From: Octopus sinensis
Taxonomy: Eukaryota
Length of the DNA: 40,208 nt
Direction of reading: 5' to 3'
Assembly (NCBI RefSeq): GCF_006345805.1
Contig: NW_021835313.1
Location: 1 to 40,208 of the forward strand
The notes beneath the pieces were generated by a model, which saw only the letters and a list, made by a program, of their open reading frames with translations, did no database searches and was not told where the DNA came from. Both the position numbers and the translations under genes were made by a program. Below are positions 35,798 to 40,208 of this stretch, piece after piece (within the stretch, counting starts at the first letter, position 1; each line of letters begins with the position of its first letter).

Positions 35798-36734
35798 AAG
35801 TAAAATATATATGCGTGAAACAATTAAATAAATAACTTAATGGATTAAAGAAGGGCAAAAAATAAGCAGCCACAGAAGGTGTTTGTAATAGAATGTCAGA
35901 AATCGATACATATTTTGTGCAGAATATAAAAATCTTGTGATAATGCACGGTTCAGCTTCATCAAATGAATCGAAAAAGAACATCGAACAGAGTGTATAGT
36001 AATAGTTTTGTTCCTAATATCTGTCGCCTTTTGCCTCATTGTGAAGGCATCACACGAGTGCATATTTTATTTTCATATGCGTGTTCTTAGGCAAAAATAT
36101 GTACTGAGCCTATGTAAAATTGAATTATAAATTGAAAGCAGTCCTAGTAATGTGTAAACATCATCAGTCGCACATGCATAATGTAAATGTTTTGTTCATA
36201 CACCAAATTTGCTGCGGGACAACATCGGGGAAAGCTTCCTATACGACGCCGAGTGTTAAAGAATTCCTGAACGTCATAGATCAGGCGAGACAACTCGCCT
36301 CAGAATCACGGAAAATGGTGAATAGCAATATTTTGCCAATATTGATGGTTTGACAATACCATGTACTCGAATCATCTTGAAACGAAGTGAATCGCTGGTC
36401 TATGACTTAGACGCAAATACAGTGAAGCCTATTTTCTGATGTGCTGCGGAGAAGCACACGTGACAGAAGGTCAAATTACGAATTATAAGCAGCTCGAGTA
36501 ATGTAAACATAAATAGTATATATATTTTGTTTATTCGTCAAATTTGATGCAGGATAGTATCCCGGGAAAGCTCCCTGCACGACGCCGAGGTTTAGAGAAC
36601 AGTTGAATGTCACAGACCAGCAAGTAGATTTCATTCGAGTTCATAGTTTTGATAAGCTACAATAATGTACATATATCTTTGTGACTGTGTATATATGTCT
36701 TTGTGACTGTGGTTGTCTCCCATCCACATCTTAC

Positions 36735-36893
36735 AACTGGTGTTGGTGTGTTTACGTCCCCGCAGAAGAGACCGATAGAATAAGTACTAGGTTTTAAAAA
36801 ATAAGTCTTGGGGTTTATTCGTTCCGCTAAAATACTTCAAGGCGGTTCCCCAGCATAGTCGCAGTCAATGAAAAAAATTGAAAGATAAAAGAT
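36735..36893 (+). mobile_element. SINE family A 3' fragment, sense orientation
   Basis: gtttacgtccccg..agagaccgatagaataagtact.. is the reverse complement of the family A 3' body. Confidence 0.6.
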
Positions 36894-37409
36894 ATGTGTA
36901 TATAGATTTTTATAAAGATTTGGGTAAAAACCTTGTAGAACGCTATGCAAAGCCCGTATACAGTTATTGGCTACCAGATGTCATCATACAATGTGAATGC
37001 TCTTGCAACTGGATATGCGTCAGGAATTCCATAGTATTTGTTGAGTTGAGATAAATAGTCGAATCATAGAAGATGGATTGAACGACATTTTTTATTTAAA
37101 ATCACTCTTATTCTTTCTGTACTTAGTTATACCCACAGTACATTAGATATAATCAACGTATAGGGAAATCACTATCGTCCATTAAAAGTGTAAGATGTGT
37201 ATATTTTAAATAAGTTCTTCGCTAGATCATACTGTCATTTTGCTCCCAATGAGAATGAATAACCAGGATAGTGCCTTTTTTCAGCAATTTTTGGAGACAA
37301 AGCTAAACCCATGGATATAGTAACTGGAAAAACACAAGTATCATCAAAATACAGAAACAAAGAAACAGACAACTTCCCCCACCCCGAAATGTCAAGTTAA
37401 TTATAGATT

Positions 37410-37711
37410 ACTAGCAGTATCGCCCGGCGTTGCTCGGATTTGTAAGGGAAATAACTATATAAGCATTTTTAGAGAGTTATAGCCAAAAAATAGCAAAAAA
37501 ATGCATTAAAAATGGAAAAAAAATTATGGTAAATTTTGTTTTAAATCGTAGACTCATCGTAGACGCGCGCTAATACCCAGAAGTGCTCGATATGAATCAC
37601 GACTATAAGATACCCGGTTTTGGTTAAACTGCACCGCAAAATGTGGGAGTAGTTAGGAATCTAAATCGTAGGAGACAGACAGCACACAACCTCTCTTTTA
37701 TATATAAAGAT
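37410..37711 (+). mobile_element. Non-autonomous Helitron/Helentron-associated (HINE/DINE-1-like) element
   Basis: Starts ACTAGCAGTATCGCCCGGCGTTGCTCGG (5' hairpin) and ends TTTTATATATAAAGAT. It sits between T-rich flanks with no TSD. These termini are typical of the class. Confidence 0.6.
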
Positions 37712-37979
37712 AATTATTTTGTTACGGTCAGATTATAAGGAAGAAAAAGCAAAGCGTTATATAATTCTTTGTTTTTGCATTTTATATTTTGATGATACGT
37801 TTGTTATGTCTGTTGCTGTATCTAAGTGTTTAATTTTGTCTGCAAATTGCTGACAGTGAAATGACTGTATGATCTCACGAAGAGCTTATTTAACATCATC
37901 ACCTGAAGAAACATGTTTTATACCTTTGATGGATGATAGCGATTACACAATATGTTAATTTTATATCATCTCACCAATG

Positions 37980-38290
37980 GATGGGATGGAAGCACTCCGT
38001 CGGTTACGACGACGAGGGTTCCGGTTGATCCGAATCAACGGAACAGCCTGCTCGTGAAATTAACGTGCAAGTGGCTGAGCACTCCACAGACACGTGTACC
38101 CTTAACGTAGTTCTCGGGGATATTCAGCGTGACACAGAGAGTGACAAGGCCGGCCCTTTGAAATACAGGTACAGCAGAAACAGGAAGTAAGAGTGAGAGA
38201 AAGTTGTGGCGAAAGAGTACAGCAGGGATCACCACCATCTCCTGCCGGAGCCTCGTGGAGCTTTAGGTGTTTTCGCTCAATAAACACTCA
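37980..38290 (-). mobile_element. 5'-truncated SINE family C with 14-bp TSD
   Basis: Body matches 40127-40208 in reverse. tcatctcaccaatg is duplicated at 37966-37979 and 38288-38301, with its first bases overlapping element sequence. Confidence 0.8.
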
Positions 38291-38377
38291 TCTCACCAAT
38301 GTACTACCGATGTAATGATATGTGGAAACAACTGTAGTGATCTAATATAAAGGATGTCGTTCAATCTATATTCTATT

Positions 38378-38413
<36 letters not shown>

Positions 38414-38659
38414 GCTACCAGATTCGATTTCTCAACGCAGAACCATGTGCGAGTGCCCCTTACTATAGCCTTGTGTTGCCGACATCTTGTAAGTAAAATT
38501 TGTTAGTAAAATGATGCGGAAGTACGTTGTTTGTGGTCACGTGTGTGTGTATGACTGTATTTATGTTGTTTATGTCCAGCAGTTTATCATTTCCGCAAGT
38601 ACAGATCGAAATGAAAGTTAAAAAAAATACGAAATAAGCAATATAATCGATATGAAACC

Positions 38660-39015
38660 AATGACTGCGTGGTAAGAAGTTTGCTCCCAATTACTTGTTT
38701 CGGATTAAGTCCCACTGCTTGGCGCCTTGCTATGGTTTCTTCTTCTATAGCTTCAGGCTGGCCAAAGCCTTATGAGTAGATTTGGTAAATGGAAACTGAA
38801 AGGAGCCCGATGGACATGAGTAGCTATGCGTGTCTTTGTCGTTATATTTGACCCGCCCTCCGTTTGACAACTGGTGGTAAAAAGAGACCGATCGAATACA
38901 TTCCAGGCTTAAAAATAATAAGTCCTGGGGTCGATTTATTTGATTAAAACCTTCAAGGCGGAGCGCAAGCATAACACAGTTCAAATGACTGAAATAAGTC
39001 AAAGGTAAAAGATAA
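38660..39015 (+). mobile_element. Diverged SINE family A, sense orientation
   Basis: gcgtggtaagaagtttgc..aagtcccactgc..ccaaagccttatgagtagatttggtaaatggaaactgaaagg..gagaccgat. Confidence 0.65.
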
Positions 39016-39592
39016 CGTACAAAGATGTGTGTGTGTGCGTGCGTATAGTTTTACTGGTTTTAGTTATTGGATTGCGACCACTGCTTTCAAAGGTTTAGTC
39101 GTTTGCGTCCGCCTCAGAAGCAATTTTATCAGATTTATTTTATCAGACCGCAAGGTCGCGGTTCATACAGGGCCACTGTGCTCGCGCGCAACATATATTA
39201 TTCATATGCTTGTGGGTTTTTTTTTACTGTACTAGCGTTAGACAGAAAATATATGGCAATAGAACCTGTCTGCTATCTTTCTACAGAGACATTGCATATG
39301 CGTAAATACATATGTACATACATAAACACACACACACACACACACCTGAGTTGAACTAGGGACAGCTGATGAAGGGGATTTTTTCCTTGTGTAGCTATCT
39401 TGCACTCTGTTTTTTCGTTGTTAAAAAAATGGTCCGTTCCATGCTGTTTTTACGTTTTCGTTTCTCGTTGAGTTCTACGTCTATTTGTGGTGTCCTGTAC
39501 ACACGTATATATATTTTATATATGCATGTATATATACTGTAGATGTAGGTACGTACATATTGTTTGTATGTATGCATATATTTTATGTATTA

Positions 39593-39631
<39 letters not shown>

Positions 39632-39744
39632 CTACATATATTATATACATATACATACTATATACATACACACCCCACAATTACAACACCACACACATAT
39701 ATCGAAAGAGAAGAGAGAGGAGGAGAGAAGAGGGAGAAAGAATG

Positions 39745-39784
<40 letters not shown>

Positions 39785-40050
39785 GTATCAATTATTGACC
39801 TCTCTAAACCGGAAATCCTGATTTACATAAATAACGTATTACTGAGCGCTAGTTCAATTAACTGTACAACAGAATACATCTGTTGTAGTAATCGGCAAAT
39901 AAAACTGTGTATAATCATATCCATCAACATTTCGCTATGGCAAAAACAGAGGGCTAGATTTCACCAGCCTGAGTCCTACTTGGGCCATCCATCAGGAGTA
40001 GCTTACCTTTGTTTTACTTGTCATTAGAGATATAGTCACTGCTACTTTGT

Positions 40051-40208
40051 GGAGGCGCAATGGCCCAGTGGTTAGGGCAGCGGATTCGCGGTCGTAGGAT
40101 CGCGGTTTCGATTCCCAGACCGGGCGTTGTGAGTGTTTATTGAGCGAAAACCCATAAAGCTCCACGAGGCTCCGGCAGGGGATGGTGGTGATCCCTGCTG
40201 TACTCTTT
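40051..40208 (+). mobile_element. SINE family C 5' part (runs off the window)
   Basis: tRNA-like head ggaggcgcaatggcccagtggttagg (A box) ..ggtttcgattccc (B box), then the body shared with 37980-38290. Confidence 0.8.

Noticed and set aside
40051-40125. tRNA gene
   Set aside because: A and B boxes are present but the sequence continues into a dispersed repeat body shared with 37980-38290, so it is a SINE head. The same applies to the heads of families A and B.
32400-40208. SNAG-domain first exon (MPRSFLV)
   Set aside because: No matching minus-strand ATG context was found. The ATG-CC starts I checked give short unrelated peptides.

Overview
Eukaryotic, AT-rich, microsatellite-dense DNA, very likely from an octopus (inferred from the SINE families and repeat landscape, not from a database search). 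The window holds part of one minus-strand Senseless/Gfi-1-type C2H2 zinc-finger gene: a large coding exon (9361-7040) ending in two diagnostic fingers, a probable 210-bp upstream exon (32387-32178) across a ~22.8-kb intron, and a candidate 5' exon ending at 32665. The exon(s) for the last fingers lie left of the window. The rest is intronic or upstream sequence filled with tRNA-derived SINEs, LINE remnants (Penelope, R4/Dong-like, RTE, L1/Tx1-like, CR1), Tc1/mariner relics, MITE/foldback elements and a HINE-like element. The most notable non-genic structures are (1) a 590-bp tandem array (3139-4766) with three intact minimal type I hammerhead ribozymes, resembling a retrozyme or Penelope pLTR array and sitting next to a Penelope relic, and (2) a ~3.8-kb array of about 34 copies of the 113-bp 3' end of an RTE LINE, each with its stem-loop, inserted with a 7-bp TSD into an older L1/Tx1-like ORF. 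The gene model has two anomalies: compensating indels in an (AAT)n tract give 8 in-frame stops, and the candidate first exon carries an in-frame ATG-TGA. All alignments and folds were done by eye.
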